Made by a program: the position numbers and the translations under genes. This document shows positions 36,278 through 47,927 of a stretch of DNA of 64,000 bases, in pieces (position 1 is the first letter of the stretch; every line of letters begins with the position of its first letter). Under the pieces are notes generated by a model. That model had not been told where the DNA came from. It saw only the letters and a program-made list of their open reading frames with translations, and searched no databases. Source of the DNA: Macrostomum hystrix (Eukaryota > Animalia > Platyhelminthes); assembly GCA_950097015.1 (NCBI GenBank), contig CATNEN010000038.1, forward strand, positions 34,472,001 to 34,536,000, written 5' to 3'.

Positions 36278-36548
36278 CCCTAGCTGATGCCGGCCAGTAC
36301 TCATTTCACATCTTGGTGAACTGAAGCACTACGAAATTAAGTATCTTTATTCAGTTCATTGTGGTGACGTTCAGTAGGAAAATATCGCCGCTGCCTACTG
36401 GATTTACTGGTAGGTTCTTTTTGTTTATTATTGTCTATGGGTAAGCCTGGCCAATCGGAACGATAAGCTAGTATACGCTAAGCCATAGCAACTTAGATTC
36501 TAAGGTTTAGAATTCTATGACCAAGCTAAGACTGTTGCGTAATGTATG

Positions 36549-39500
36549 TGTAGTGTTTGCTTCGAACTCTTTGTGTGCGCTCCGAACCCTTGTCTGCCCG
36601 TACCCAGAGTACAGTACGCTATCTTTCTCTCCCCACCCCCAAACAGGCGGAGGCATGTTGGGAAGTCTCCCCTCCCGGGAGTAAGGTAAATATAGTGGCC
36701 GCATGACCGCGGTGAATCACGGCAAGCGAAGCTTAGCCACTACGAGGCTTCTCACGGACACACACTGTTCAGCTTTCTTATTTGGAGTCCGACTCCACAG
36801 TGGCGACGAGGATGTCTAGCATCGGCACAGTCGAGCCTTTCGAGGAGGGAAAAGACTGGTGCGCCTACGAGGAGCGCGTCGCCCTGTACATGACCGCCAA
36901 CAGGATCAAGGGGGAGGACCAGAAGAAGGCTGTTTTTCTCACTCTGATCGGCCGCCAATGCTACGCCATTCTCCGGAATCTGTGCTCGCCTGCAAAGCCT
37001 ACGGACCTGGACTACGAGGAGCTGGTCAAGCGACTCAAGGAGCACTTCCAGCCAAAGAAGCCGGTCATCGCCGAGCGGTTTCGCTTCTACAAGCGGACCC
37101 AGAGGGACGGAGAGTCCGCAGCTCAGTTCCTGGCCGCCCTCAGGAACCTGGCGGAGACCTGCGACTTCGCCACCTTCCTGGAGGATGCCCTGCGCGACTG
37201 CTTCGTCTGCGGACTCCGGGAGCCGCAAGTGCAGAAGCGGCTGCTGACCGTCAGCACTCTGACGCTCGACAAGGCGAAGGAGATCGCTCAGGCGGCAGAG
37301 ATGGCAGAGGCGGAGGCCAACAGCTGGCGGGCCAGGCCGGAGGTCAACCAGGTAGGAGAGGCCCCGCCACCGCGGCGGCCCTGCATGCGCTGCGGCTCCA
37401 GGCAGCACCTATCCTCCGAGTGCCCGCACAGGAACACCAAGTGCCACGCCTGCGGCAAGCTGGGACACCTGAAGGCCGTCTGTCTGTCCAGCCAGAAGGC
37501 CAGCGCCGGGGCAGCTTCGAGCAGTCAGAGGGGTGGCTCGAAATTCAGCGGCTCCAAGAGCCGGAAGTCCATCCGGGCTGTCAACAGAGGTGGGAGCGAG
37601 GTGCACAGCAGCAGCGACAGCGAGGACTTCGAGGTGACGTGGGTCTCCCAGGTCCGCAGCAGTGAGGAGAGCCACATCAGCGTCCAGCTGAACATCAATG
37701 GACGGCCACTAAAAATGCAGGTGGACACCGGAGCCTGCGTCAGCCTCGTGTCCAAGCGGCACTGGGAGCAGCTGGGCCGGCCGAAGCTGCAGAAGACGGA
37801 GGTGAAGCTGCGCACCTGGACAGGCGAGAGCATTCCTGTCATGGGCTCGGCGGAGGTGGTGGTGGAGTACGGCAGCCAGGCCTGCCAGCTGCCCCTGATC
37901 GTCACCAGCCTGGAGAAGGCGAGCCCACTGATGGGCCGGAACTGGCTCAGGGGCATCCGGCTGGACTGGAAGGAGATTTTCGCGATCAGCAGCCCAACGG
38001 TGCCGGCCACGACCTCCAGCCCCGCCACGCCGCCAGAACTGGACGGCCTGCTGCAGGAGTTCGCAGATGTGTTCCAGCCGGGCTTGGGTAACTTCACACG
38101 GCACAGCGTGAAGCTACGGCTGCAGGAGGACGCTCAGCCGAGGTTCTGCAAGGCCCGGCCTGTCCCGTACGCTCTGAAGTCCAAGATCGAGGCAGAGCTG
38201 CAACGGATGCAGGAGGCGGGGGTTGTCGAGCCGGTGCTGCACAGCGACTGGGCGACACCGGTGGTGCCCGTCAGCAAGCCAAACGGGGCCCTTAGGCTGT
38301 GCGGTGACTACAAGGTCACGCTGAACCCACAGCTGAAGACCGACCACTACCCAATGCCGACGCCAGAAGAACTCTACGACGCGGTCGGCGGCGGCAGGAT
38401 CTTCTCCAAGCTGGACCTGTCTGAGTGCTACCTGCAGTTTCCGCTGGACCAGGCCAGCCAGGACCTGACCACCATCAACACCCACAAGGGCTTGTTCCGG
38501 TTCAAGCGACTGCCGTACGGGGTCAGCTCAGCGCCAGCGCTCTGCCAGCAGATCATGGAATCCGTGCTGCAGGGCACCAGCTCGACGTGTTGCAGGATCG
38601 ACGACATCCTGGTGGCCGGCAAGGGCACGGCCGATCACCTCAACAACCTGCGGGAGGTGCTGAGCCGCCTGCGCAGCGCGGGCCTCCGACTCAAAGTGGA
38701 GAAGTGCCGGTTCTTCGAGAGCGAGGTGGAGTACCTTGGCTCACTCATTAGCGGTGAGGGGGTCCGGAAGAGCCCCAAGAAGGTCGAGGCCATCAGGGCC
38801 AGCCCTAAGCCAGCCACCGTGTCCGAGCTGCGGTCGTTCCTCGGCCTGGCCAACTATTACGCCAAGCACGTCGCCAACTTCTCTACGAAAGCGGCCCCGC
38901 TGTACGAACTCCTCCGAAAGGACACCGCGTGGGACTGGACCGCGCGCCAGCAGTCAGCCTGGGAGGCACTGAAAGAGGCCCTCTCGTCGGACACCGTTCT
39001 GACCTGCTACAACCCCGACTGGCCGCTGGTGCTGGCCGCGGACGCCTCCTCTGTTGGCATCGGAGCCGTTATCTCCCACGTGGCGCCCGACGGAACTGAG
39101 AAACCGATCGCCTTCGCCTCCAGGAGCCTGAATGCTGCGGAGAAGAACTACGCCCAGATCGAGAAGGAGGCGCTGGCGATCATCTTCGGCGTCAAGAAAT
39201 TTCACAATTACATTTACGGCCAGAAGATCACTATCATCACCGACCACCAGCCTCTGACGAGCATCTTCGGCCCAAAAACCGGCGTCTCGGCGACGGCGGC
39301 AGCGCGCCTGCAGCGGTGGGCACTCACCCTGGCCGCTTACGACTACGACATCAGCTACAGGAACACAAGCCAGCACGGCAACGCGGACTTTCTGTCGAGG
39401 CTACCCCTAGCGATCAAGGCGGAGTCAGCGGACCCAAGCGGCGTGTGCTGGACCGACGAAGAGCGGCCAGGTAGCGAGGACTGGCCGCTGCTGGCCAGGG

Positions 39501-41044
39501 ACATCGCCAGAGCCAGCCGCCGCGACGTCGACCTGCAGGAGGTTCGGCGTTTCACACAGGATGGCTGGCCGGGCACCTGGCGCGCCTCCCAGGAGCCGTA
39601 CCACCGACGGCGGCACGAGCTCAGCCTGGAGGACGGCTGCCTGCTGTGGGGTTCGCGGGTTGTCATCCCCGCAGCCCTGCGGCCTCGAGTGCTGCAGGAG
39701 TTGCACACCGATCACACTGGAGTCGTCAGAATGAAGTCGGTGGCGCGCAGCTTCGTGTGGTGGCCCGGCCTGGACCAGGACATCGAGCGCACGGCCAGCG
39801 CCTGCAGCCAGTGCCAGCAGACGCGACCGGAGATGAAAGCGCCGCTACACCCCTGGATCTGGCCGGACCAGCCGTGGGAGCGGATCCACGTGGATTTCGC
39901 GGGTCCCATGGAAGGCCAGATTTACCTCCTGGTGGTGGACGCGCATTCCAAGTGGCCGCACGTGGAGCGAGTCGGTGGCCAGACGAGCGCCGAAGTCGTC
40001 AAGCGGCTTCGGCGACTGTTTGCGCAGTGGGGGCTGCCACGCCAGATCGTGTCCGACAACGGACCGGCATTTGCTAGTGCGGAGTTCCACGACTTCTGCA
40101 AGAGCAACGGCATCCAGCATATCCGCAGCAGCCCGTACCACCCGAAGACCAACGGCTTGGTGGAGCGCCTGGTAGGCAGCTTCAAGCGGGCCATGAAGTC
40201 CAGCCGGGAGGACGCGGGGGATGCCGACAGACGGCTGCAGAACTGGCTGCTCGGCTACCGCGCTACGGAACACCCGACCACTGGCCGGGCCCCGGCACAG
40301 CTCCTGCTCGGCCGCGGTCTGCGCACCCGCATGGACCTGATGCGGCCATCGACTCGAGACCGAGTGCTGCGGGCCCAGGCCACGCAGAAGCAGCTCCACG
40401 ACCGCACAGCTCGCCACGCCGACTACCTACCGGACCAGGTGTGGGCCCGAGACTACCGCCGCGGCGCCGAACGGTGGGCGGAGGGCCGGGTTGCAGAGCA
40501 GACCGGGCCGCTCAGCTACCGAGTGGAGACCAACGACGGCGTCATCGAGCGGCGGCACGCCGATCAGCTGCGGCCGCGAATTCCACAGGAGCAGCCTGCA
40601 GGCGACGCCGATGTGACAGCTGACAGAACCGGCGAAATGGAGGCCGCCGACAGTGGTGCGGAGGCCGGCGGGTTGCTGCCGGCGCGTCAGTCACTGCGGA
40701 CGCGGCAAGAGCCGGACCGGTTGCTGTACACTGAGCTGGGGACTCCGAGAATGAACTAAAAAACTGCGGCCATTCTTGCGGGAGGGGAAAAACTGTAGTG
40801 TTTGCTTCGAACTCTTTGTGTGCGCTCCGAACCCTTGTCTGCCCGTACCCAGAGTACAGTACGCTATCTTTCTCTCCCCACCCCCAAACAGGCGGAGGCA
40901 TGTTGGGAAGTCTCCCCTCCCGGGAGCAAGGTAAATATAGTGGCCGCATGACCGCGGTGAATCACGGCAAGCGAAGCTTAGCCACTACGAGGCTTCTCAC
41001 GGACACACACTGTTCAGCTTTCTTATTTGGAGTCCGACTCCACA
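36549..41044 (+). mobile_element. Full-length intact Ty3/gypsy (Mag-like) LTR retrotransposon
   Basis: 251-bp LTRs at 36549-36799 and 40794-41044 with one mismatch (36682 T / 40927 C); TSD GTATG; PBS TGGCGACGAGGATG at 36801-36814; PPT GGGAGGGGAAAAA at ~40780-40792. Confidence 0.98.
36812..40759 (+). CDS. gag-pol: Single gag-pol polyprotein (Gag with 2 CCHC, protease, RT, RNase H, integrase)
   Basis: VDTGA protease; LCGDYK, KLDL, LPYG, RIDD (RT); DAS, EKE, TDH, ADFLSRLP (RNase H); HTDH..CSQC, VDFAGP, SDNG, NGLVER (integrase); uninterrupted. Confidence 0.97.
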   Translation: MSSIGTVEPFEEGKDWCAYEERVALYMTANRIKGEDQKKAVFLTLIGRQCYAILRNLCSPAKPTDLDYEELVKRLKEHFQPKKPVIAERFRFYKRTQRDGESAAQFLAALRNLAETCDFATFLEDALRDCFVCGLREPQVQKRLLTVSTLTLDKAKEIAQAAEMAEAEANSWRARPEVNQVGEAPPPRRPCMRCGSRQHLSSECPHRNTKCHACGKLGHLKAVCLSSQKASAGAASSSQRGGSKFSGSKSRKSIRAVNRGGSEVHSSSDSEDFEVTWVSQVRSSEESHISVQLNINGRPLKMQVDTGACVSLVSKRHWEQLGRPKLQKTEVKLRTWTGESIPVMGSAEVVVEYGSQACQLPLIVTSLEKASPLMGRNWLRGIRLDWKEIFAISSPTVPATTSSPATPPELDGLLQEFADVFQPGLGNFTRHSVKLRLQEDAQPRFCKARPVPYALKSKIEAELQRMQEAGVVEPVLHSDWATPVVPVSKPNGALRLCGDYKVTLNPQLKTDHYPMPTPEELYDAVGGGRIFSKLDLSECYLQFPLDQASQDLTTINTHKGLFRFKRLPYGVSSAPALCQQIMESVLQGTSSTCCRIDDILVAGKGTADHLNNLREVLSRLRSAGLRLKVEKCRFFESEVEYLGSLISGEGVRKSPKKVEAIRASPKPATVSELRSFLGLANYYAKHVANFSTKAAPLYELLRKDTAWDWTARQQSAWEALKEALSSDTVLTCYNPDWPLVLAADASSVGIGAVISHVAPDGTEKPIAFASRSLNAAEKNYAQIEKEALAIIFGVKKFHNYIYGQKITIITDHQPLTSIFGPKTGVSATAAARLQRWALTLAAYDYDISYRNTSQHGNADFLSRLPLAIKAESADPSGVCWTDEERPGSEDWPLLARDIARASRRDVDLQEVRRFTQDGWPGTWRASQEPYHRRRHELSLEDGCLLWGSRVVIPAALRPRVLQELHTDHTGVVRMKSVARSFVWWPGLDQDIERTASACSQCQQTRPEMKAPLHPWIWPDQPWERIHVDFAGPMEGQIYLLVVDAHSKWPHVERVGGQTSAEVVKRLRRLFAQWGLPRQIVSDNGPAFASAEFHDFCKSNGIQHIRSSPYHPKTNGLVERLVGSFKRAMKSSREDAGDADRRLQNWLLGYRATEHPTTGRAPAQLLLGRGLRTRMDLMRPSTRDRVLRAQATQKQLHDRTARHADYLPDQVWARDYRRGAERWAEGRVAEQTGPLSYRVETNDGVIERRHADQLRPRIPQEQPAGDADVTADRTGEMEAADSGAEAGGLLPARQSLRTRQEPDRLLYTELGTPRMN

Positions 41045-42042
41045 GTATGCATCACTTGGAAGAGAGACTTGTTGATTTCGTGATACTCAAGTACAACAAA
41101 TGTGTGGCGGTGCCGTGCTAATAAAGAAAATACAGGCCTCTTTTGACTCGAAAATTACAAAGGATTTTTGAAGGCTACGAGTAGTTTTGTCGCTTCAAGG
41201 CTACAAGTAAGATAGCCCACAGGTTACAGTTCAGGAATTCTGAATGAGTGAATGAGAGAGGTCGCGAGTTCGCCGCGAGTGCGCCGAGTCCGCGTCCCGG
41301 CGATGTACAGAAGGACGGTCTCGACCACCAGAGTAGCGGAGCACTCTAGCTCTCGAGAAAGATGTTGCAAACCGATCTTAGTATATTGAGTAGTATATTG
41401 GGAATTTGAGAACTCGTACTACTAAATAATAGTCACAATCGTTATATTCTTTATTAAACCAAGTAAGCAGATACATCAATTTACTTCCAAATTTCCAATA
41501 TCCAAATAGGAAACCACACTCTGCATAACCTGTGAGACATTGCGAACTGAAAACATCGCCAATAAAATTCTCGAGCTTTTACAAAAGGTGAACTGGTCAA
41601 TTAAAGTAACGATATTCATACTCGAAAATTCTAATAATTATATAGCTTCCCGGACTAATGGCTCATATTTCAGGTGGCTCAAAAATGGCTTGAGCACGGG
41701 CCTCCTCGGGAACACTGTCAGAAAATAGGCAATACCGCTACCGACTCAGTGTCTTGGCAGTACTGACTGCCGATGAAGTTTTGTTATTCGCTCGGAAGAG
41801 CTAACTTAGCGACAAGAAATACATTTCATTTTAGAGCAGCAGAGTAAAAGTAAAGCGTTTCGCTGTAACTAACAAATGGATTCATTGCTAGGAAGTTCAT
41901 TTCCGATCCTAATGCATTTTAAAGTACCCATTAGGTCTGACTCGGTGATGATAAAATGCACTCAGAGACGCCTTGATAAAAAGAAAAACACTAAAAGCAT
42001 TGGGAAACTTCATACCTGCACCAATCATTGACTTTAATAAAA

Positions 42043-42777
42043 ATGACACCTGTCAAACTGAGTCTCGTCGTTCTCACAGCTATTACTTTGGTAGCTGGTA
42101 ATGAATACTTCCAGATGATCAGTGGGGAGCTGTGCATTGGAAAGGAGTTCACCAACACGCTGAGCCATGTACAATCCGAAAAGGAATGCGCTCTGCAGTG
42201 CAGCTTTGCTGACCGATGCCAGGCGTTCAGCCTCTCCGACGGTCCGTGCCGATTGTTTGTGTTCGACCGGTGCAGCAAGGCCGTCAGCGCCTCTTGCAGC
42301 TGCAACCGCACCGGTGCTGTGTTCGTGAAGCAGCGAGTCGGACTGCCTCGGGGCGCCCTGTGCCCCGATGGATTCGGCGACCGGTTCTGCGGCAGAAAGT
42401 ACAGGCTGCTGGCCAGCGTCATCAATTGGACAGCAGACAGGGCGGCGATCGCCTCGCTGCCCGGTCTCGTCATCATGGCCGACGTGACCGACGAGCTCGA
42501 GAGAGCGCACATCGGCAACTTGACGTTGAAGCGCGGTTCGATGTTCATCATGCTGGGTGGACAGCAGCTGCCGGGCAGTGTGGAGCCGGATGGAGGCTGG
42601 TTGTGGGCCGACTGCAATGCCACCGTGAACAGCGAGTTGTGGTTTGCTGGCGAGCCGAATAACAACGGCATGGAGAGTGTAATCGGACTGCCAAGTAACA
42701 TTGGAATGCTTTTTGATTTCCACGAAACGTATCCTACTAGCGGAGCCCTCGCTGAGTGTGTGTCTCCTTTTAATTAG
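42043..42777 (+). CDS. Secreted PAN/apple + C-type lectin domain protein (intronless, 244 aa)
   Basis: Signal peptide; ECALQC...CQAF...C PAN pattern; MLGG...WLWADC...WFAGEPNN...C lectin domain. Confidence 0.82.
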   Translation: MTPVKLSLVVLTAITLVAGNEYFQMISGELCIGKEFTNTLSHVQSEKECALQCSFADRCQAFSLSDGPCRLFVFDRCSKAVSASCSCNRTGAVFVKQRVGLPRGALCPDGFGDRFCGRKYRLLASVINWTADRAAIASLPGLVIMADVTDELERAHIGNLTLKRGSMFIMLGGQQLPGSVEPDGGWLWADCNATVNSELWFAGEPNNNGMESVIGLPSNIGMLFDFHETYPTSGALAECVSPFN

Positions 42778-43279
42778 GTTTCTAGGGTCTCTGACTGATC
42801 AGCTAGTGCAAAGTGCTAGAGCTTTATCTAGTACAATGAATTCTTCTGTTAAAGTTTAAAGCGTCGATCGATATTGGAGGGATTTTCTTGACTAGTTTTT
42901 ATCGCTTTCGGTGTGAAGTAAAATTTTTGGATTCTCCTCACTTCGAATGTGTTTTTAGTTTTGTAAAGTATTTTGTCATCCTGAGAGCTTAGTGAAGAAT
43001 ATCAGTCATGAAACGTGTGTTATAAACCTGACAGTCGCTTTTAAGGCTTCGATACAGATAGCATAGTAAGCTTAGCTGGGCGATCGCTACCCCAATACAG
43101 CTGCCATTGTACCAACTACTCTGTGCCTATGACTTTGCCCAGGGCCAAACCAGTGCAGTGCGGAGGTGCGGAACATAAGGTTCGTGTCCTGGTGCTTTTT
43201 AAGTGAAAAACAGCACAGAACGACCAGAAGATTTCTCTGTTTAGCCGGATAGCAACTCGTTTACAAAGGGAAAAATGCC

Positions 43280-43633
43280 GGGGTGAGTGGCATAAGCGGT
43301 TAACGCGTTTGCCTCTCGCACCAAGGTCCCTGAGCTCGACTCCGCGGCGAGGCCTCATTTATTTGGGGCGCAGCCGCAGAGAGAAGGCTTGGTGGGCTTG
43401 TCGTGCAATTTACGCCCTTGAGGGGCCAACCTCCAAGGCACGGTGAAAATAAACACTGCTTGAGGACGAGAAAGTCTTCGCCTGTGTATGCCTGCGTACA
43501 TTATCTGTGGGTGTGTGCTCAGGAGTCAGCGAAATGAGCAGAATTGCTGGCTGCGGGTCTAGTGTCACCAATTGATGTGCCATTGCCCGCAGTACTCCAG
43601 CAGTTCCTGCAACTCTTCTTTTATTATATTTAT
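43280..43633 (+). mobile_element. tRNA-derived SINE (family A) with degenerate 14-bp TSD
   Basis: GGGGTGAGTGGCATAAGCGGTTAACGCG head; flanks AAGGGAAAAATGCC and AAGGGCACAATGCC. Confidence 0.88.
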
Positions 43634-44429
43634 AAGGGCACAATGCCAGGCTAATTGTGATCGAGCTTGATTTCTGATCTACTCGATTTTGTGGAATCTT
43701 TACGTCCGATGAAATGTTAGTTCGACATTGTCTTTAACGTGGTTGACCATTTGACGCTGTTTCAATCGATTCACGCTTAATAGCGGACCAGGAGAGCGAA
43801 GTCTTTGTAGCAGCTCGGTTGCCAGACATGAATAATTAGAACCTTTGAAACGGATTCTATCAAAATACTTAAGAATTGCTTAGTTGTAGTGCAGCAGCAG
43901 ATTCACGCAAATAGAGCTGTAATGCGAAATTAAAAGCTTGACGTTTTAAGACCTTATTCATTTCAACATGAGCTCATGCTCCAAAAAATATTTCTACAAA
44001 TTCAAGCAATAGGCAGGGACTTGGCCTCAGCTAAATTTGAAGTTAAAGCTATGTAATGGGTCGACTGCAATGAGCCGTAAGCAGCGCGTTGTGGTCTTCT
44101 GGCGAGCTAAATAATAGAGGCCATTTTGAGCTGGCTAGCTGGCTTGCTAAGTACAGCAATAATGCTTTCTGTCATTCATTCTACGAGTGTCTGTCCCCTT
44201 TCAATCAATATTTTTGTATATTGAGATCAGATTAATAAATTGCTAAATTGTTGTTCTCAGCCACTCGAGTTATAAATTCCACATCTTTTTAGAACAATTG
44301 CACATCATTTGGTGACACTAGACCTGCATCCAGCGAGTAGGCAAGTCTGCCCATTTCGCTGACTCCTGAGCTTGCGAAACATTGCGAACTGTGAGACCGA
44401 AAATTCTGTATGAGAATAGATTATGTAGT

Positions 44430-44795
44430 AATAATAATAATAATTGCAGGACAGGAGGGCTGTGGGCAATGGCACATCATTTAGTGACACTAGACCCGCA
44501 GTCAGCGAGGAGGCAATTCTGCCCATTTAGCTGACTCCTGAGCACTCACGAACACAGATACTGTACGCAGGCATACGCTCACACAGGTGTGTACATCTGC
44601 CCTGACTTTCTCATTGTCAGGCAGTGTACACTCTCACTGTGCCTTGGAGGTTGGCCCTCAAGGGCGTAAATTGCACGACAAGCCCCCAAGCCTTCTCTCC
44701 GCGGCTGTGCCCCAAATGAATGTGGCCTCGCCACGGAATTGAGTTAAGGAACCTAGCTTGGTGCAGGAAGTAAACGCGTTAACCGTTCTGCCACT
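44430..44795 (-). mobile_element. tRNA-derived SINE (family A); an extra 3' fragment lies at ~44300-44371
   Basis: Full similarity to the family; (TTA)n tail. Confidence 0.9.
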
Positions 44796-44813
44796 GTAGC
44801 TTTATCGTATCTA

Positions 44814-45446
44814 TACTCAGCAACAGCTAAACCCCCCCAACTCACGCTGTCACACGGGCACAAAAGTTAAGCAATGTCTTTAATTCTAGTCTCAGTATCG
44901 TGTGTGCTCAGGAACCACGAGCATGCTAAAGTGCCGTGACTCGTCGTGGCATCCTGATCACCAGCCGGTTGATGATCTCTTGGGGCAGCTGCTGCCAGGC
45001 ATTCAGCACCGCCAGTCGCAACTGTTCAGCATTCTGTGGGGCATCCTGCTGAACTCTTCGCTTTACAAAGTCCCAGACATGCTCGATGGGGTTCATGTCT
45101 GGAGACTTTGACGGCCAGTTCAATGTGCGAATGCCGAGCTGCTCCTTCAGCAGCTGCACGTGTGCTGCTCGGTGTGGCGCAGCGTTGTCGTCTTGAAGCA
45201 TGCAGTTCTTTGATGAACTCTTTCATCATGACAAATGAATGAGCTCTTTAACTACTGATGGTTTACCATTGCGCAATGCAGCCACCAGTGGGTTGAGTTG
45301 CGCCACCCCTCCCCAAATCCCCCATGCCGCACTTTGCGCTCGCGTCTGGCGGCGGCAGCCTTTACACATTTCTGAGTCACCGATGGCATACAAAACTTTT
45401 GGGCCGTATGACAGCGTGAGTTGGGGGGGTTTGCTGTTTCTGAGTA
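44814..45446 (-). mobile_element. Internally deleted Tc1/mariner element with DD34E transposase C-terminal fragment
   Basis: ~54-bp TIRs (TACTCAGCAACAGCTAAACCCCCCCAACTCACGCTGTCA... / ...TGACAGCGTGAGTTGGGGGGGTTTGCTGTTTCTGAGTA) flanked by TA; ORF 44926-45201 QDDNAAPH...WPSKSPDMNPIEHVW with 34 residues between D and E. Confidence 0.93.
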
Positions 45447-45982
45447 TATATTTTCCATCTGCTAATTAATCCTTCGTGAATAATACATGAGCAGTTCCAA
45501 AGCCACAAGCCTCCACATCTGCTTTAGGCAGTTTTTATTGCAATTTTGAGTTGTGTGAGACTAAAAAATTCTTCGAAACAAAGCGACTCCCTAAAGGCTT
45601 GAGTTCTCAGCAGAAGTGTTGGGGAAGCAGCAGCTGCATAAGCACCTGGGCTAAACAGGCAAAATGCGATTCTAAAATGCACCCTTGTGGAACGCATTAT
45701 AAGAATTTGGAGTTCTCTTTCTACGTCGTACTTTCTTGAATTTTGTTTAGGAGACTGTTGACCGTTGCCAGGCTTTCAGCCTCTCCGAAGTCTGTGCCGT
45801 CTGCTTATGTTCTCTCCCTCTCTCCCTCTTACTTCCGGAGCGCGTTGAAGTACGCCAAAAAATATTTTTGCATGACTAATGTTCATTATTCAGCTTTTTG
45901 TGAAAATGACAAAGGCGAGATGAAGGGAATAACGACAGAATCCTTCAGTGCATAATTTGATACCCACCTTATGCTTCAGCAT

Positions 45983-46155
45983 TTCAGTCGATACCAACCT
46001 GGACCTTACTGTGCTTCAGTCGATACCAACCTGGACCTTACTGTGCTTCAGTCGATACCAACCTGGACCTTACTGTGCTTCAGTGGATACCAACCTGGAC
46101 CTTACTGTGCTTCAGTCGATACCAACCTGGACCTAACTGTGCTTCAGTCGATACC
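45983..46155. repeat. 32-bp minisatellite, about 5 copies
   Basis: TTCAGTCGATACCAACCTGGACCTTACTGTGC in tandem, no spacers. Confidence 0.93.
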
Positions 46156-46577
46156 CCATTCTGCTTAAGTATTTGAGGTTCTAAAATTACATGCTGTTGT
46201 GTGTTCTGAAAAATTAAAGTTATAATTTTGAAAGTTTTGCTAATTAAAATAAATACTTTAAGAAAATCAGCCCAGTTCCTAATGTTTAATCTGTGGGTAG
46301 TCGCTGAAACGGCCTGGACATCGATTTTTTAAGCTTTATTTCATTATAATAAAATAGAAGGATAGCAGATAAGTTTTTTTCTCTAAGTATTATAGAAAGT
46401 AAAATATAAAACTAAAATAAAAGCAGAGAGGAAACGCATTTTATGAGATTTTAGTCATAATAACGAAAAGTTGTAACACAATTAGCTCCAACCAACCCCA
46501 ACGTTTTAGATCCTGACAACGACAGAGGCATCAGAACACAGACTGGCACTCGCAGATGTATGGCTGATTCCTGAGCA

Positions 46578-47342
46578 TCAGAACACAGACTGGCACTCGC
46601 AGATGTATGGCTGATTCCTGGTACACGGATCATCAGCAATGCCTCCGGTGCTGTACCCGTTGTAGAGGTTCGTGCAGCCAGTCGATCCACCATTTGGTTC
46701 GCTAGGATGCCAGGAATTAGGATCGATGGTCAGATTGCAAGCAGCCCAGTACCAGTTTGCCTTGGTCAACGCGTTGAGACCGGCTCTCAGAAAGCCGCCA
46801 AGGTAGAAATCGTTGGATAAGCCAGTGCGCTGCTTCAGGCTGCGGAGGTACACAGCTTCTTGGTTATCGATTGCATCGGCGTACTTTGATAGACCAGACT
46901 CGGAACTGCAGCTCTGGTTGGCAGTGAAAGAAGTGATTATTGGGCTCGTGACAACCTTGTACGATGTGCCGTACCTTGTGTGGATGTAGCCATCGGGGCA
47001 CAAGCGACCCGGAGGCACTCCTGCAAGGGACCTCACGTACACGGTGATCTGCCGGGTACAGTTAGGCTCCGACTGCACTCGGTGGCTGCAAGCATCGAAC
47101 AGGAACAGCTTGCACTGGCAGGTGTCGTTAGTTAGCACAGCGAATGCCTGACAATTCGGCACTGGCGCACAATAAAAGCTGCATTGTTCCGGAGTGCACA
47201 CGCCAGGTAACATTCTTGAGAAGTTTGAGCCAACGCAATCCACACCTGAGATTTTATGGAACCGAACTCCGCCTGAGCTGCACGGAACGGTCGCCGCCAA
47301 CAAAGGGGCCCAGAGCACCGACAGAAGGCAGCTCAGAAGCAT
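46578..47342 (-). CDS. Secreted PAN/apple + C-type lectin domain protein, paralog of 42043 (intronless, 254 aa)
   Basis: Signal peptide; FHKISGVDCVG, CQAF, LCPDG shared with the paralog; YLGG, WYW, WHPSEPN, DDPC....YICE. Confidence 0.87.
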   Translation of the reverse strand: MLLSCLLSVLWAPLLAATVPCSSGGVRFHKISGVDCVGSNFSRMLPGVCTPEQCSFYCAPVPNCQAFAVLTNDTCQCKLFLFDACSHRVQSEPNCTRQITVYVRSLAGVPPGRLCPDGYIHTRYGTSYKVVTSPIITSFTANQSCSSESGLSKYADAIDNQEAVYLRSLKQRTGLSNDFYLGGFLRAGLNALTKANWYWAACNLTIDPNSWHPSEPNGGSTGCTNLYNGYSTGGIADDPCTRNQPYICECQSVF

Positions 47343-47927
47343 TTTTCCTAGAAAACAGCTATAACTCGTTGGTAACGCTGGAAACTAAACTTGACTGAAA
47401 CTTGTCAGCCTCTTTAGCCCCATCATTTTGCCCCCAAACCGTAGCGGCGACTGCGGCATCCTCACTTTGAGCATCCAATCCCATGACACAGAGAGAAAAA
47501 GGCAATGCCTATTGTCAAATACCTGCCCGTTCTATTTCTGCTGGTTGCTATGCAATTTTAGATGGCAAAAACACAGTCTTTGGAGTAAAAGCTGGCTTTG
47601 TGCATTCTACATTAACTATTTCAATTGAGAACTTACATGGAGGCATTTTGCGCAATTTAAAACGACAGAAATAAAACAAAACTAGACTATTTTAATAGCA
47701 TTGTTTCCTTCAGAAAAATCACGAATATTAACAATTGATTTGTTAATATGCACAGAAAATGCAACAAGTCATAAAGGTATATTTGAAAAATGATTCGTTT
47801 TGAAGTTTTAGATATACAAGTAAATATTTTTCAGGCTATGTAAATTCGTTTGTGTTGTGTATTGACTGACTGAATGCTAATTTACGCATACTGCCACTAT
47901 GAGTAGTGCAGTGAGGAAGCTAGTAGT

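Noticed and set aside
6099-40949. Alternate-frame and antisense ORFs overlapping the two gypsy coding regions
   Set aside because: Expected shadows of GC3-rich coding sequence; no recognisable domains.
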